Shown: positions 28,617-38,399 of the stretch, one piece after another | Position numbering within the stretch: the stretch's first letter is position 1 | Layout of the letters: every line of letters starts with the position of its first letter | DNA from: Candidatus Campbellbacteria bacterium GW2011_OD1_34_28 | Lineage (GTDB): Bacteria > Patescibacteriota > Minisyncoccia > Phycocordibacterales > UBA12079 | DNA: 64,000 nucleotides | Direction of reading: 5' to 3' | NCBI GenBank assembly: GCA_001029775.1 | Contig: CP011215.1 | Coordinates: forward strand, 357,722 to 421,721 | Notes under the pieces: model-generated | Told to the model about the DNA's origin: nothing | Databases searched by the model: none | Seen by the model: only the letters and a program-made list of their open reading frames with translations | Program-made: the position numbers and the translations under genes

Positions 28617-28663
28617 CAAAAAATTACGAAATTTACGCGACCGCGTAAATTTCGTAATTTTTT
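28617..28663. repeat. Second identical copy of the family-P palindrome
   Basis: Exact match to 27927-27972. Confidence 0.85.
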
Positions 28664-28864
28664 TTAAAATACTTGAATCATCTTAAATTGCAATCGGACT
28701 GAGCCGGTCTGAATTGAACTGAATCGAAATGACTGAACTGAATCGAATCGATTTGAATTTTTGAACTCCCAGACTTGGTATATTTGGAGATATTTTATTT
28801 TTGTGATAATTTTGTTTTAGGTTTGTCGCTGCATATAAATATAAAGGAATAGCAGGAGGAATTT

Positions 28865-29242
28865 ATGCCAGAAGTAAGGTTGGTTGCGTCCAAAGAGACT
28901 TTCAACAAGTTTTCAAAATCTCAACGAAAGGAATTTTCTGATGTTTTAAGATGCTGTGTTGCTACCAGTTTGAGTCTTTATCGATTAAAACCTTTTACAG
29001 AAGATAGCATAACTGTTCACTGGGATATCCCCGAGGAATCTTACAACGAGAACGATCTTGTTGTTAAGATTGAATTTTCTGTTGGAGGAAATGGCTTCAA
29101 TCCCTCTTATGAACAATTGAAGAACATTACTTCAGGTATATCCGCATTTATTTTCAAATGTCTCATTCATTCTAACTTGTTAGAGGTTGCTGTGTGGCTT
29201 CGCCCTCAACAAAATGGTGTGTGGATGTTGAAAAAGTCATAA
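28865..29242 (+). CDS. Hypothetical protein (125 aa), possibly tautomerase-superfamily fold
   Basis: ORF with AGGAGG SD; starts MPEVRL; terminator 29253-29280. Confidence 0.45.
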   Translation: MPEVRLVASKETFNKFSKSQRKEFSDVLRCCVATSLSLYRLKPFTEDSITVHWDIPEESYNENDLVVKIEFSVGGNGFNPSYEQLKNITSGISAFIFKCLIHSNLLEVAVWLRPQQNGVWMLKKS

Positions 29243-29252
29243 TTTTCATTTT

Positions 29253-29280
29253 GTGTTAAAAACCCGTGAAGTGCTTCACG
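29253..29280 (+). terminator. Rho-independent terminator cccgtgaagtgcttcacggg + T7
   Basis: Perfect stem and T-run. Confidence 0.65.
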
Positions 29281-29308
29281 GGTTTTTTTCTATGTTAATA
29301 TATAATAT

Positions 29309-30169
29309 ATGAAAACTTTAAAACAAATTATTCAAGAAGCCGATAATGGAAAAACAGCAATCGGACATTTTAATATTTCTAATATAGAAGGTTTGTGGGG
29401 TATTTTTAATGGAGCAAAAGAATTGAATGTACCTGTAATAATTGGGGCGTCAGAAGGAGAGAGAAAATTTTTTGGAACAAAACAAATTGTTGCAGTGGTA
29501 AAAAGTTTGCGAGAAGAATTTGATTATCCTATTTTTTGCAACGCCGATCATTGCCATTCATATGAAAGTTTTAAAGAAGCAGTAGATGCTGGGTTTGATG
29601 CGGTTATATATGACGGTGCAAAACTTTCACTGGACGAGAATATAAAAGAAACAAAGAGATGTGTTGAATATGCAAGAAGTGTTAACCCAGAAATCGTGGT
29701 GGAGGGGGAAACAGGATATATCGGAGATTCATCAAAATTACTAGATAGTATTCCTGACGGGGTAGCAATGAATGATGCAATGACAAAATCAGAGGATGCT
29801 GAAAGATTTGTTAAAGAAACAGGCGTGGATTTGTTTTCCCCTGCTGTGGGTAACATTCATGGTATATTAAAAGATATTGCTAATCCAAGATTGGATATTG
29901 AAAGGGTGAAAGTAATAAGAGAAAAAGCAGGCGTTCCTTTGGTTTTGCATGGAGGATCTGGAATAGCGGATGAAGACTTTGTTTCTGCTATAAAATCTGG
30001 AATTGCTATCGTTCATATAAATACAGAGATAAGGATTGCATACAAAGAATCTGCCAAAGAAAGCTTTGCTAACTGTGGTGAAGAAATCGCCCCTTATAAA
30101 ATAATGGAGAAATCAGTTTTGGCTATAAAAGATGTAGTCAAGAAAAGACTAGAACTTTTTAGTAAATAA
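29309..30169 (+). CDS. fba: Class II fructose/tagatose-bisphosphate aldolase
   Basis: IGHFNISN...ADHCHS, GETGYIGD, HGGSG. Confidence 0.82.
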   Translation: MKTLKQIIQEADNGKTAIGHFNISNIEGLWGIFNGAKELNVPVIIGASEGERKFFGTKQIVAVVKSLREEFDYPIFCNADHCHSYESFKEAVDAGFDAVIYDGAKLSLDENIKETKRCVEYARSVNPEIVVEGETGYIGDSSKLLDSIPDGVAMNDAMTKSEDAERFVKETGVDLFSPAVGNIHGILKDIANPRLDIERVKVIREKAGVPLVLHGGSGIADEDFVSAIKSGIAIVHINTEIRIAYKESAKESFANCGEEIAPYKIMEKSVLAIKDVVKKRLELFSK

Positions 30170-30189
30170 TTTTTTGTTAACATATAACT

Positions 30190-30435
30190 ATGTCACAAGT
30201 AAAATTTGAGGAATTTCAATCACAATCTTCTTATCGGGGATTTGATGACACATCTAAAATGGTGAAATGGGTTATTAAATATTCTGGCGGTTTTATTAAA
30301 AGCAAGATAGGGGCGAATTATTTTTTGTTAGGTGTTTTTGTCGTCTTTACTATTTTATCTTTATTTACGATATTTTCTTCTGCTGGAAAAGATCCTCTAA
30401 ATGGTGAAGTTCCTGTAGATCAAATTATTCCGTAA
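30190..30435 (+). CDS. Small membrane protein (cassette partner 1)
   Basis: MSQVKFEEF...KYSGGFIK then a TM helix; paralogous to 31121 and 34701. Confidence 0.5.
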   Translation: MSQVKFEEFQSQSSYRGFDDTSKMVKWVIKYSGGFIKSKIGANYFLLGVFVVFTILSLFTIFSSAGKDPLNGEVPVDQIIP

Positions 30436-30449
30436 TAAAGATTTATAAA

Positions 30450-31094
30450 ATGATGAGGTGTTTTTTAAAAGAAGAAAAAAAATATAATAAAATTTCAGCA
30501 GACACTGATGTATTTTTCCGAAAAAATAAGGGTTTCACTCTTATTGAGCTTTTAGTTGTTATTGCTATTATAGGAATGCTTTCTTCTGTTGTTTTGGTGA
30601 GCCTCAGTTCTGCTAGATCAAAATCTCGCGATGCAGGACGTATTGCTAGTGCAAAACAACTTCAAACTGCATTAGAGTTGTATTATAGTGAAAATGGACA
30701 CTATCCAATCTCCACAGGCGGTTGTGGATCAACTGTTCCAAATACAGCTTGGTGTAATAGCGTTCAATCTTTATCTGGTGGTCACTGGATTCACGACAAT
30801 GGTGTTTCAAGTGTTCTTGACCCTTTTCTGTCTGCCGAACCAATCGATCCAAAGCAAGGTTCTTCGCCTAATTTTCTGCCTCTGAACGGCGGGACATTTT
30901 ATTATTTTTCGTCTGGTTATGGAGGTAGTGGGAAATGGTATATGATAATTTTCGGTCTAGAAAATAGTCATGCAATTGAGAATATTGACGGAGCTCGTTC
31001 TTGTCCTTACACAGGCTATCCCGATGGTCGATTGTTCAATTATGGTAACGGAACAAATAATATTGTCACATTAGGAGCCGGGTGTAATTATTAG
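30450..31094 (+). CDS. Type IV pilin-like/pseudopilin protein with long leader
   Basis: ...KNKG|FTLIELLVVIAIIGMLSSVVLVSL class-III signal peptide; Cys-rich C-terminal domain. Confidence 0.75.
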   Translation: MMRCFLKEEKKYNKISADTDVFFRKNKGFTLIELLVVIAIIGMLSSVVLVSLSSARSKSRDAGRIASAKQLQTALELYYSENGHYPISTGGCGSTVPNTAWCNSVQSLSGGHWIHDNGVSSVLDPFLSAEPIDPKQGSSPNFLPLNGGTFYYFSSGYGGSGKWYMIIFGLENSHAIENIDGARSCPYTGYPDGRLFNYGNGTNNIVTLGAGCNY

Positions 31095-31120
31095 CATTAA
31101 TTTATATTAAGAATAAAATT

Positions 31121-31384
31121 ATGTCACAAGTAGAGTTTGAGGAATCTTCAACACAATCCAAAGTATTTTTTAATAAAAAGGAATCAAGAATTGTTGAATT
31201 TATTAAAAAATACTCTGGAGGATTAATTAAAAATGAAAGACAGGTAGCTTATTTTTTGTTAATTTTTGCCTGTCTTTCTGTTTTTTTATTTTTTAAAACC
31301 TTGTTTTTTGGCGGGCCTAACACAAATTCTCCGACGGGCCCAATAATAGAGGAAGCAGGGTCTCAAGTAGATATAATCTTCTAA
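31121..31384 (+). CDS. Small membrane protein (cassette partner 2)
   Basis: MSQVEFEES...KYSGGLIK then a TM helix. Confidence 0.5.
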   Translation: MSQVEFEESSTQSKVFFNKKESRIVEFIKKYSGGLIKNERQVAYFLLIFACLSVFLFFKTLFFGGPNTNSPTGPIIEEAGSQVDIIF

Positions 31385-31390
31385 ATTATT

Positions 31391-31960
31391 ATGTTTTTTA
31401 TAAAAACTAAAAACTCTTTAAATATAATATTTAAAGCAGAGACAAAATTAAAAAATAATAAAGGTTTTACCCTTATTGAATTACTTGCTGTTATTGCAAT
31501 AATAGGAGTTCTTTCGTCTGTTGTTCTGGCTAGTCTCAATTCTGCAAGAGAGAAAGCTAGAGACTCAAGAAGAAAATCCGATCTTGAACAAGCTAGAATT
31601 GCGTTGTCATTTTATTTCGATAAACACAACAATTGGATGCAGACTGGAAGTGGTTGTGGATCTGGTGGCAATGGTAATGGGTGGTTTAATTATGTAGGGG
31701 GTAGTTATCCAAAGGCTATGTCAAAATGTTTGCTTGATGAGGAATTTTCTGTTGCGGAAATAATAGATCCCACCGGAGGGAAGACATCCAATCCTACGAC
31801 AGGTTTTTCTTACATGAAGTATTCCTGTGGCGTACCTACCAAGACTTATGTTTATGCCAAACTGGAAGGAATTCCACAAAGTTCAACAGCGACCAATGGG
31901 ACATGTTGTGCCAGCTGTGACTCAAATTATGGTATGAATTATTATGTAATTGTTAATTAA
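31391..31960 (+). CDS. Type IV pilin-like protein with long leader
   Basis: KNNKG|FTLIELLAVIAIIGVLSSVVLASL. Confidence 0.75.
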   Translation: MFFIKTKNSLNIIFKAETKLKNNKGFTLIELLAVIAIIGVLSSVVLASLNSAREKARDSRRKSDLEQARIALSFYFDKHNNWMQTGSGCGSGGNGNGWFNYVGGSYPKAMSKCLLDEEFSVAEIIDPTGGKTSNPTTGFSYMKYSCGVPTKTYVYAKLEGIPQSSTATNGTCCASCDSNYGMNYYVIVN

Positions 31961-32092
31961 ATATAAATTTTTCAAACCATCTGTTGCTTTTTATCTCATA
32001 ATATAGTATCTTTATCACTGTTTAGAGGGTTTTTATATCATCTCATTTTTAATTAATTTTAAATTTTGAGATTTAAATTTTTAATTTGAAAC

Positions 32093-32719
32093 ATGTTAAC
32101 ACTTAACGTAAAAACAAGAGATTCAAAGAATAAGTTGAATGAAATTAGAAATGGAGGCGAAATCCCTGCTGTTTTTTATGGTAGAGAAGTTAAGTCAACA
32201 TCGATCTCTGTTTCTGCAAGTGAATTCAAGAGCGTTTGGAAAAAAGGAGGAAATTCATCAATCATCAACTTGAAAGGATTAAAAGATGAAAGAGAGGCAG
32301 TAATTCATGATATGGACATAGACCCTGTGAGTAACCAAGTAAGACATATTGATTTTTACATTGTTAAAAAAGGAGAAAAGATGGAGACGACAGTTCCTTT
32401 GGAATTCGTGGGAGAAGCTCCTGCTGTTAAAACACTAGGGGGTGTTTTGGTTAAAGCTTTGAGAGAATTGAATATAGAAGTTCTTCCAAAAGATTTGCCA
32501 CAACATATCGATGTGGATATTTCTTCTTTGGTAGATATGGACAGTCAGATTGCTGTAAAGGATTTGGTTTTGCCAACAGGTGTTACTGTAACTGATGATG
32601 CAGAAGAAGTGGTTGTTTTGATTACACATGCAGAAGAAGAAAAAGAAAGTGAACCTGTGGATATTTCAAGTATAGAAATTGAAAAGAAAGGAAAGAAAGA
32701 AGAAGAACCTGCTGAATAA
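32093..32719 (+). CDS. rplY: 50S ribosomal protein L25/general stress protein Ctc
   Basis: 208 aa; N-terminal L25 fold motifs, acidic C-terminus. Confidence 0.85.
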   Translation: MLTLNVKTRDSKNKLNEIRNGGEIPAVFYGREVKSTSISVSASEFKSVWKKGGNSSIINLKGLKDEREAVIHDMDIDPVSNQVRHIDFYIVKKGEKMETTVPLEFVGEAPAVKTLGGVLVKALRELNIEVLPKDLPQHIDVDISSLVDMDSQIAVKDLVLPTGVTVTDDAEEVVVLITHAEEEKESEPVDISSIEIEKKGKKEEEPAE

Positions 32720-32736
32720 TTAATTTTTTTAAAAAA

Positions 32737-32766
32737 CCCACGCGATAATCGCGCGGGTTTTTTATT
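32737..32766 (+). terminator. Rho-independent terminator cccacgcg-ataatc-gcgcggg + T-run
   Basis: Stem-loop then TTTTTTATTTTTT. Confidence 0.6.
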
Positions 32767-32812
32767 TTTTACACCCTTTTCTCAAAAAGAGAAAAAAGTT
32801 ATAATAAAGGTA

Positions 32813-34195
32813 ATGAAAAAAAGCACGAAAGGTTTAAGCATAATATTGCTAATGGTTGTTTTTTTGGTGTTTCCAAATCTGACAAAATCAGAGGTTACTT
32901 GCAGTATTAATCTTGATGGAAAAACAGATGAAGAGTTGCAAATAGCTTTGAAAAAATGTGAAGAAGAAATCGCTGAACAAAATGCACTACTTCAACAGAA
33001 ACAAAGAGAGTCTGTCACCATAGAAAGAGACATTGATATTATAAATAGTAAAATTACAAAAACTCAGGCTGATATTAGAGCAAAAGATATAAAAATTTAT
33101 CAGTTAAAACAGGGAATTTCTTCTAAAAAAGAAACATTGACTGAATTAAACAATAGATCAGAGAGAACTTTAGAGTCTATATCAGGTATCATAAAAAAGA
33201 CAAATGAACTGGATGATTTTTCTGTTGTAGAAGCGTTGCTTTCACAAGAGAGTATTTCTGAATTTTTCGTTGATTTTGATGATTTTGATATTTTGGAAAG
33301 TGATTTACAAAACAATTTGATGGCAATTAGGCAAATCAAAGGAGAAACAATGACCGCACAGCAGATTTTGGAAGAACAACAAAGAAACGAATTAGCTTTG
33401 AAAATTGCAAAAGAAGAAGAAAAGAGGAAAGCAGAGGCTTATAAAAGTGAAAATAAAAAATTGCTAAGTGTTAATAGAGCACAAGAAGATGAATACAAAA
33501 AAACAATTGCTGAAAAAGAAAGAATAAAAAATGAAATAAGGAATAGAATCTTCCGAACAGTCGGTGGTACTGAAATGAAATTTGGTGAAGCATTAAGATT
33601 GATTCAACCTTATGAGGATGCTATTGGTATTGAATCCGCTTTGGTTTTGGCTGTTTTGACACAAGAATCTGCCATTGATGGGGTAATAGGTAAAAATTTG
33701 GGAAGATGTACTTATAATCAAACTGCAAGCAACAGTGCCGGAACCGTTATGAGTAATTCTCAAAAACCATCATTTTTGGCGATTATGAAAGAGCTAGGAA
33801 TGGACCCAGATACGACACCCGTTTCTTGTCCTATTTATGGTGATGGAAATTATGGAGGAGCAATGGGACCTTCTCAGTTTATGCCAAGAACTTGGTATGA
33901 TATTGATACGGGATATGGATACAAAACAAGAGTTGCAAAAATACTGGGGATAAGCGCACCTTCGCCTTTTGTTAATCTTGATGCTTTCGTAGGAACAGCT
34001 AGTTATCTGAGTGACGCAAGAGCTTCTTGTTCAGCAAAATTTACAAGTCAATTTGAGATTTGGAGTTGTTCAGCTGCTAGGTATTATGCAGGAGGAAATT
34101 ATGCAAAGCATATGTATTCAAAATATAGTTATGGATACAAGGTTGCGGAAAGAGCTATGCAGTTCCAGAAAGATATAGATACGCTAGACCTTTAA
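32813..34195 (+). CDS. Secreted coiled-coil protein with C-terminal lytic transglycosylase (SLT)-like domain
   Basis: Signal/TM, ~250 aa coiled coil, then LAVLTQESA...GAMGPSQFMPRTW. Confidence 0.65.
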   Translation: MKKSTKGLSIILLMVVFLVFPNLTKSEVTCSINLDGKTDEELQIALKKCEEEIAEQNALLQQKQRESVTIERDIDIINSKITKTQADIRAKDIKIYQLKQGISSKKETLTELNNRSERTLESISGIIKKTNELDDFSVVEALLSQESISEFFVDFDDFDILESDLQNNLMAIRQIKGETMTAQQILEEQQRNELALKIAKEEEKRKAEAYKSENKKLLSVNRAQEDEYKKTIAEKERIKNEIRNRIFRTVGGTEMKFGEALRLIQPYEDAIGIESALVLAVLTQESAIDGVIGKNLGRCTYNQTASNSAGTVMSNSQKPSFLAIMKELGMDPDTTPVSCPIYGDGNYGGAMGPSQFMPRTWYDIDTGYGYKTRVAKILGISAPSPFVNLDAFVGTASYLSDARASCSAKFTSQFEIWSCSAARYYAGGNYAKHMYSKYSYGYKVAERAMQFQKDIDTLDL

Positions 34196-34240
34196 TAAAT
34201 TAAAGGTCTAGAATTGTAAATTTTAAATTTTAAATTAAAA

Positions 34241-34686
34241 ATGACAATTCAAAATTTAAAAATAAGGAAAGCGGAAACGAAAGAGGATATTGAAAAAGCA
34301 TTAGAGGTTAGAAAAAAAGTGTTTATTGACGAACAAGGAATAATCATTGATATAGAAAGGGATAACCATGACTGGTCTGATGCTGTTCATGTTATTGCTA
34401 TATAAATGATGATGGTAGTTGTGTTGGGACAGGAAGATTTATTCCAACAAAAGACGGTGCAAAAATTCAGAGAATGTCTGTCTTGTCCGAATATCGTAAT
34501 TGTGGACTCGGTGGCGAAATTTTGTTAAAACTTTTGGAGCTAATTGAGCAAGACGGTTTTAAGAGAGTTTATTTTTCAGCTCAAAAGACTGCCGAAGATT
34601 TTTATAAAAAATTTGGTTTTTCTTCTTATGGGGATGTTTTTGAAGAAGTTGATCGTCCTCACATAATGATGGATAAAGTGTTGTAA
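34241..34686 (+). pseudogene. GNAT-family N-acetyltransferase interrupted by a frameshift at a TATATA tract (~34400-34405)
   Basis: N-terminal part ends HVIAI* at 34405; continuation NDDGSCVGTGRF...KIQRMSVLSEYRNCGLGGEIL is in the +2 frame. Confidence 0.7.
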
Positions 34687-34700
34687 TGTAATTTAAATTT

Positions 34701-34967
34701 TTGTGGTATATTTGTTATATGAAAGGAATTCAATTTGAAGAAGAAAAATATAATAGTATAAGAGACTCTCAATCATTAGGGTCTGATTTTATTACTAGAA
34801 TTTTGTTGAAAACAGGTCTTTTTAATAATGCAGAAAAGGCAAGAAAGACAGCGATTTTTTTTGTTTTGCTGGTTGTTATTTTTTCCACATTTCTTTTTGT
34901 GAATTCTTTTAGAGGGGGGTATGAAGAGACTACAGAAAATAGCGATTATTATGTTCCTGCTGAATAA
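34701..34967 (+). CDS. Small membrane protein (cassette partner 3)
   Basis: MKGIQFEEEKY... then a TM helix. Confidence 0.45.
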   Translation: MWYICYMKGIQFEEEKYNSIRDSQSLGSDFITRILLKTGLFNNAEKARKTAIFFVLLVVIFSTFLFVNSFRGGYEETTENSDYYVPAE

Positions 34968-35493
34968 ATCAAAAAAAATAATTGAAAAACATAATCAAGG
35001 CTTTACTTTAATAGAAGTTCTTTTTGTTATTGGAATTATCTCTATTTTATCGGCAGTTATTTTGACGAATTTACATGATGCTAGGGGTTTTGGCAGAGAC
35101 GCCAAGAGACTTATTGATATGAAAGAGATTCAAAATGCTTTGGAGTTTTATTATGACACTAACGGTAGATATCCAAGTTCTGATACAGATGGTTGTGGCG
35201 GTTGGGATATTGGTAACCAGAGTTATCCTTTTATTAGAAATGGTCTTGTTGAATCAATGCCAAATCCTCCAGAAGATGCTGTTGCTACCGGTAATTGTAG
35301 TGGATATCGATATTATAGGTATAGTGCGGGTTCCAGTGGATGTCCCGTATCAAAAGGGGCTTTCTATGTTTTGGGTGTCACTGATATGGAATCGTCTGCA
35401 AGACCACATAGTCAAAGTGTTGGTTGGAGTTGTCCTAGTAGAAACTGGCAAAATGAAATGGATTGGGTTACGGGAAGATTTGAAAGACCATAA
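34951..35493 (+). CDS. Type IV pilin-like protein
   Basis: ...HNQG|FTLIEVLFVIGIISILSAVILTNL; start uncertain (ORF-track 34921). Confidence 0.7.
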   Translation: MFLLNKSKKIIEKHNQGFTLIEVLFVIGIISILSAVILTNLHDARGFGRDAKRLIDMKEIQNALEFYYDTNGRYPSSDTDGCGGWDIGNQSYPFIRNGLVESMPNPPEDAVATGNCSGYRYYRYSAGSSGCPVSKGAFYVLGVTDMESSARPHSQSVGWSCPSRNWQNEMDWVTGRFERP

Positions 35494-35542
35494 AGTTGTT
35501 CATATTTGCTTAGAAATTAACTTTGTGATATAAATACTGGGT

Positions 35543-35758
35543 ATGAAAAAAGATATTCATCCAAAATACAATTCAGAAGCATCAGTAATTTGTGCTTGCG
35601 GAAACAAATTTACAATAGGATCTACTCAAGACAAGATTGAAGTGGAAATTTGTAGTGCCTGCCATCCTTTCTACACAGGAAATGAAAAAGTTATGGATAC
35701 TGCGGGAAGAGTGGATAAATTTAAAAAGAGAGTGGAAGCAGCTAAAAAATCAAAATAA
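35543..35758 (+). CDS. rpmE: 50S ribosomal protein L31
   Basis: MKKDIHPKY...CxC...[10 protein letters not shown]. Confidence 0.9.
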   Translation: MKKDIHPKYNSEASVICACGNKFTIGSTQDKIEVEICSACHPFYTGNEKVMDTAGRVDKFKKRVEAAKKSK

Positions 35759-35763
35759 AAAAA

Positions 35764-35790
35764 CTCGCCATTGGCGAGTTTTTTTATTTT
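35764..35790 (+). terminator. Rho-independent terminator ctcgcc-attg-gcgag + T7
   Basis: Stem-loop with T-run. Confidence 0.6.
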
Positions 35791-35866
35791 GATTTTTTAG
35801 CTAGTAGCAAGGATTGAGTAGTAAGTAATAAGTTAAAAAATTTGCTTTGCAAAATTTTTTACGTTT

Positions 35867-36853
35867 TTGTACTTGATACTTACTACTTACTACTCTATAC
35901 TAATTCCTATGGATTTAAATAAATTTAAAGAAAATCAAAAGACAAGTTTTTTGGCGGGAGAATATGAAAGACTTGAAAGAGAAGAAAAAAACATCGATGA
36001 GATGCTTTCTTTGGATTTATCAATGAAAGATCTTGTTGAAGAAGAAAAAAATAATTTGAAAATTCAGAAAGACGCAATATTGAAACAGATGGAAGAGATT
36101 GTTTCTCAGGAAGAAAAAGAAGAAAAATTTCCCAACGAAATTATTATGGAAATTAGAGCAGGAGCAGGGGGGGACGAAGCCTCGTTGTTTGCTCAGAATT
36201 TGGCTGAAATGTATGAAAAATATGCAATAAAAAGAGGGTGGCAACTTAAGAAAACAGAGGAATCTTTGGGGACTATGGGCGGTTACAAAGAAGTTATTTT
36301 TGAGATCAAAGGATTGGATGTATACAAAGATTTGAGATTTGAAAATGGAGTTCACCGAGTACAGAGAATTCCTGTAACTGAAAAGCAGGGGAGAATTCAC
36401 ACCTCAACATCTTCAGTAATGATTCTTCCAATGAGAAAAAAAACCAAGTTTGTTATTGATCCATCTGATATAGAGATGGAACTTTCTCGTTCTGGTGGTG
36501 CTGGTGGTCAAAATGTTAACAAAGTTGAAACAGCTGTTCGTCTTATTCACAAACCAACAGGAATTGATGTTCGATGTACTTCGGAAAGGAGTCAGTTGAA
36601 AAACAGAGAAAAAGCAATGTCTATCTTGGTCGCAAAATTGGAACAAAAGAAAGACGAGGAAGATATGGCAAAAATTTTGGAAGAGAGAAGTCAACTGGTT
36701 GGTACGGGGGATCGATCTGAAAAAATTAGAACATACAATTATCCACAAGATCGAATTACAGATCATAGACTGAAAGAGTCTTGGTCAAATATAGAGAATA
36801 TATTGAATGGTGATTTACAGCCAATAATTGACGAATTTAAAGATTTAAAATAA
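35867..36853 (+). CDS. prfA: Peptide chain release factor 1
   Basis: PVT tripeptide ([14 protein letters not shown]), GGQ motif ([11 protein letters not shown]); true start may be MDLNKF at ~35909. Confidence 0.88.
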   Translation: MYLILTTYYSILIPMDLNKFKENQKTSFLAGEYERLEREEKNIDEMLSLDLSMKDLVEEEKNNLKIQKDAILKQMEEIVSQEEKEEKFPNEIIMEIRAGAGGDEASLFAQNLAEMYEKYAIKRGWQLKKTEESLGTMGGYKEVIFEIKGLDVYKDLRFENGVHRVQRIPVTEKQGRIHTSTSSVMILPMRKKTKFVIDPSDIEMELSRSGGAGGQNVNKVETAVRLIHKPTGIDVRCTSERSQLKNREKAMSILVAKLEQKKDEEDMAKILEERSQLVGTGDRSEKIRTYNYPQDRITDHRLKESWSNIENILNGDLQPIIDEFKDLK

Positions 36854-36865
36854 ATTTTTCTTTTG

Positions 36866-36894
36866 TTGCAAAATGACCCTTAATTTGGTAGTAT
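36866..36894 (+). promoter_or_regulatory. Sigma70-like promoter TTGCAA-17-TAGTAT upstream of rpsB-tsf, followed by GC-rich structured 5'UTR
   Basis: -35/-10 spacing 17; ~85-nt leader before rpsB. Confidence 0.45.
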
Positions 36895-36983
36895 CTTTGG
36901 GTATGCGGGTTCTGTCAAAGAAGTGCTTTGATGGGCGAGAGCCGTAAGAATCCAAATTTATTAAATAAGAAAGTAAGAAAATA

Positions 36984-37706
36984 ATGGAAAATATAATTGA
37001 TAAAATGTTTAAAGTGGGTGCCCACTTTGGGTATTCAAAGACAAAAAGACATCCTTCTGTAAAGAAGTTTATTTTTGGTGCAAAAAATAGAGTAGAAATT
37101 TTTGATTTGGAGAAGACGGTTAAATCTTTGGAAGATACAAAAATTTTTGTAAGAGATTTGGCTTCTTCAGGAAAACAAATTCTTTTTGTTTCAAGCAAAA
37201 GCGAAGCAAAAGAGGCTGTTGAAATAGGGGCTTCATCAATCGGTGCTCCTTTTGTTGCAGGAAGATGGATTGGAGGAACTTTGACCAATGCAACAGAAAT
37301 AAGAAAAAGAGTAAGTAAATATCAAAAATTATTGAATGACAAAGACAAAGGACTTTTGACAAAATATACCAAAAAAGAAAGATTGCTTATTGATAGAGAC
37401 ATAGAAAAATTGTCAAGAAAATTCTCAGGATTGACTAGCTTGGAAGGAATGCCCTCAGCTTTGTTTGTAGTTGACCCTAAAAAAGAAGAAATTGCTGTAA
37501 AAGAAGCTTTTGAAAAAAATATACCTGTAATTGCTCTTGCAAACTCAGATTGTAATATTAAAGGAATTAAATATCCTATCGCTGCAAATGACTCATCAAG
37601 ATCAAGTATTCAATTTTTTGTGGATGAAATAGTAGGTGCTTACAATGAAGGAAAGAAAAATGCTCCTAAGAAAGTTGTAGAAGACAAAAAAGAAATCAGA
37701 AAATAA
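36984..37706 (+). CDS. rpsB: 30S ribosomal protein S2
   Basis: FKVGAHFGYSKTKRHP... Confidence 0.95.
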   Translation: MENIIDKMFKVGAHFGYSKTKRHPSVKKFIFGAKNRVEIFDLEKTVKSLEDTKIFVRDLASSGKQILFVSSKSEAKEAVEIGASSIGAPFVAGRWIGGTLTNATEIRKRVSKYQKLLNDKDKGLLTKYTKKERLLIDRDIEKLSRKFSGLTSLEGMPSALFVVDPKKEEIAVKEAFEKNIPVIALANSDCNIKGIKYPIAANDSSRSSIQFFVDEIVGAYNEGKKNAPKKVVEDKKEIRK

Positions 37707-37804
37707 TTATTAACAAAGCCAATAGCCAATAGCTGGTAGCAAAAAAATTCCAAGGGAAATTTTTTGCCTTAAACTATAAGCTATAAGCTATAAGCTAAAA
37801 TATT

Positions 37805-38383
37805 ATGGTTACAATAGATCAAATTAAAGAATTAAGAGAAAAGACCGGAATCTCAATCGGTCAATGTAAAAAAGCCCTAGAAGAAGCAGGGGGTGATATA
37901 GAAAAAGCCGTAGTTATTCTAAGTAAAAAAGGAGGAGACTTTGCTGCAAAAAAATCAGACAGAATGTTAAAATCAGGAACTATTGCAACTTATGTTCACA
38001 GCAATGGAAAAGTTGGTTCTATGGTGGAGCTTTTGTGTGAAACAGATTTCGTTGCTAAGAACGAAGAATTCACTAAATTGGCTTATGATATTGCTATGCA
38101 AATAGCTGCAACAAATCCAACTTTTGTGAAAAAAGAAGAGATCACAGAAGATGACAGACAAAAAGCAATTGCAGTTTTTGAAGAAGAGGTAAAAGACAAG
38201 CCGACTGAAATGAGAGAAAAGATTTTGGAAGGGAAAATAAATTCATATTTCAAGGACAAGGTTTTGACAGAGCAAGACTTTATCAAAAATCCAGAAAGTA
38301 CAATCAGTAAACTTATTGAAGGGGCTGTTCATAAATTTGGTGAAAGAATGGAAATAGGCAAGTTTGTTAGATTTCAACTCTAA
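37805..38383 (+). CDS. tsf: Elongation factor Ts (short form)
   Basis: IKELREKTGISIGQCKKALEEAGGDIEKA UBA-like N-terminus. Confidence 0.92.
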   Translation: MVTIDQIKELREKTGISIGQCKKALEEAGGDIEKAVVILSKKGGDFAAKKSDRMLKSGTIATYVHSNGKVGSMVELLCETDFVAKNEEFTKLAYDIAMQIAATNPTFVKKEEITEDDRQKAIAVFEEEVKDKPTEMREKILEGKINSYFKDKVLTEQDFIKNPESTISKLIEGAVHKFGERMEIGKFVRFQL

Positions 38384-38399
38384 GCTATAATTATAGATT

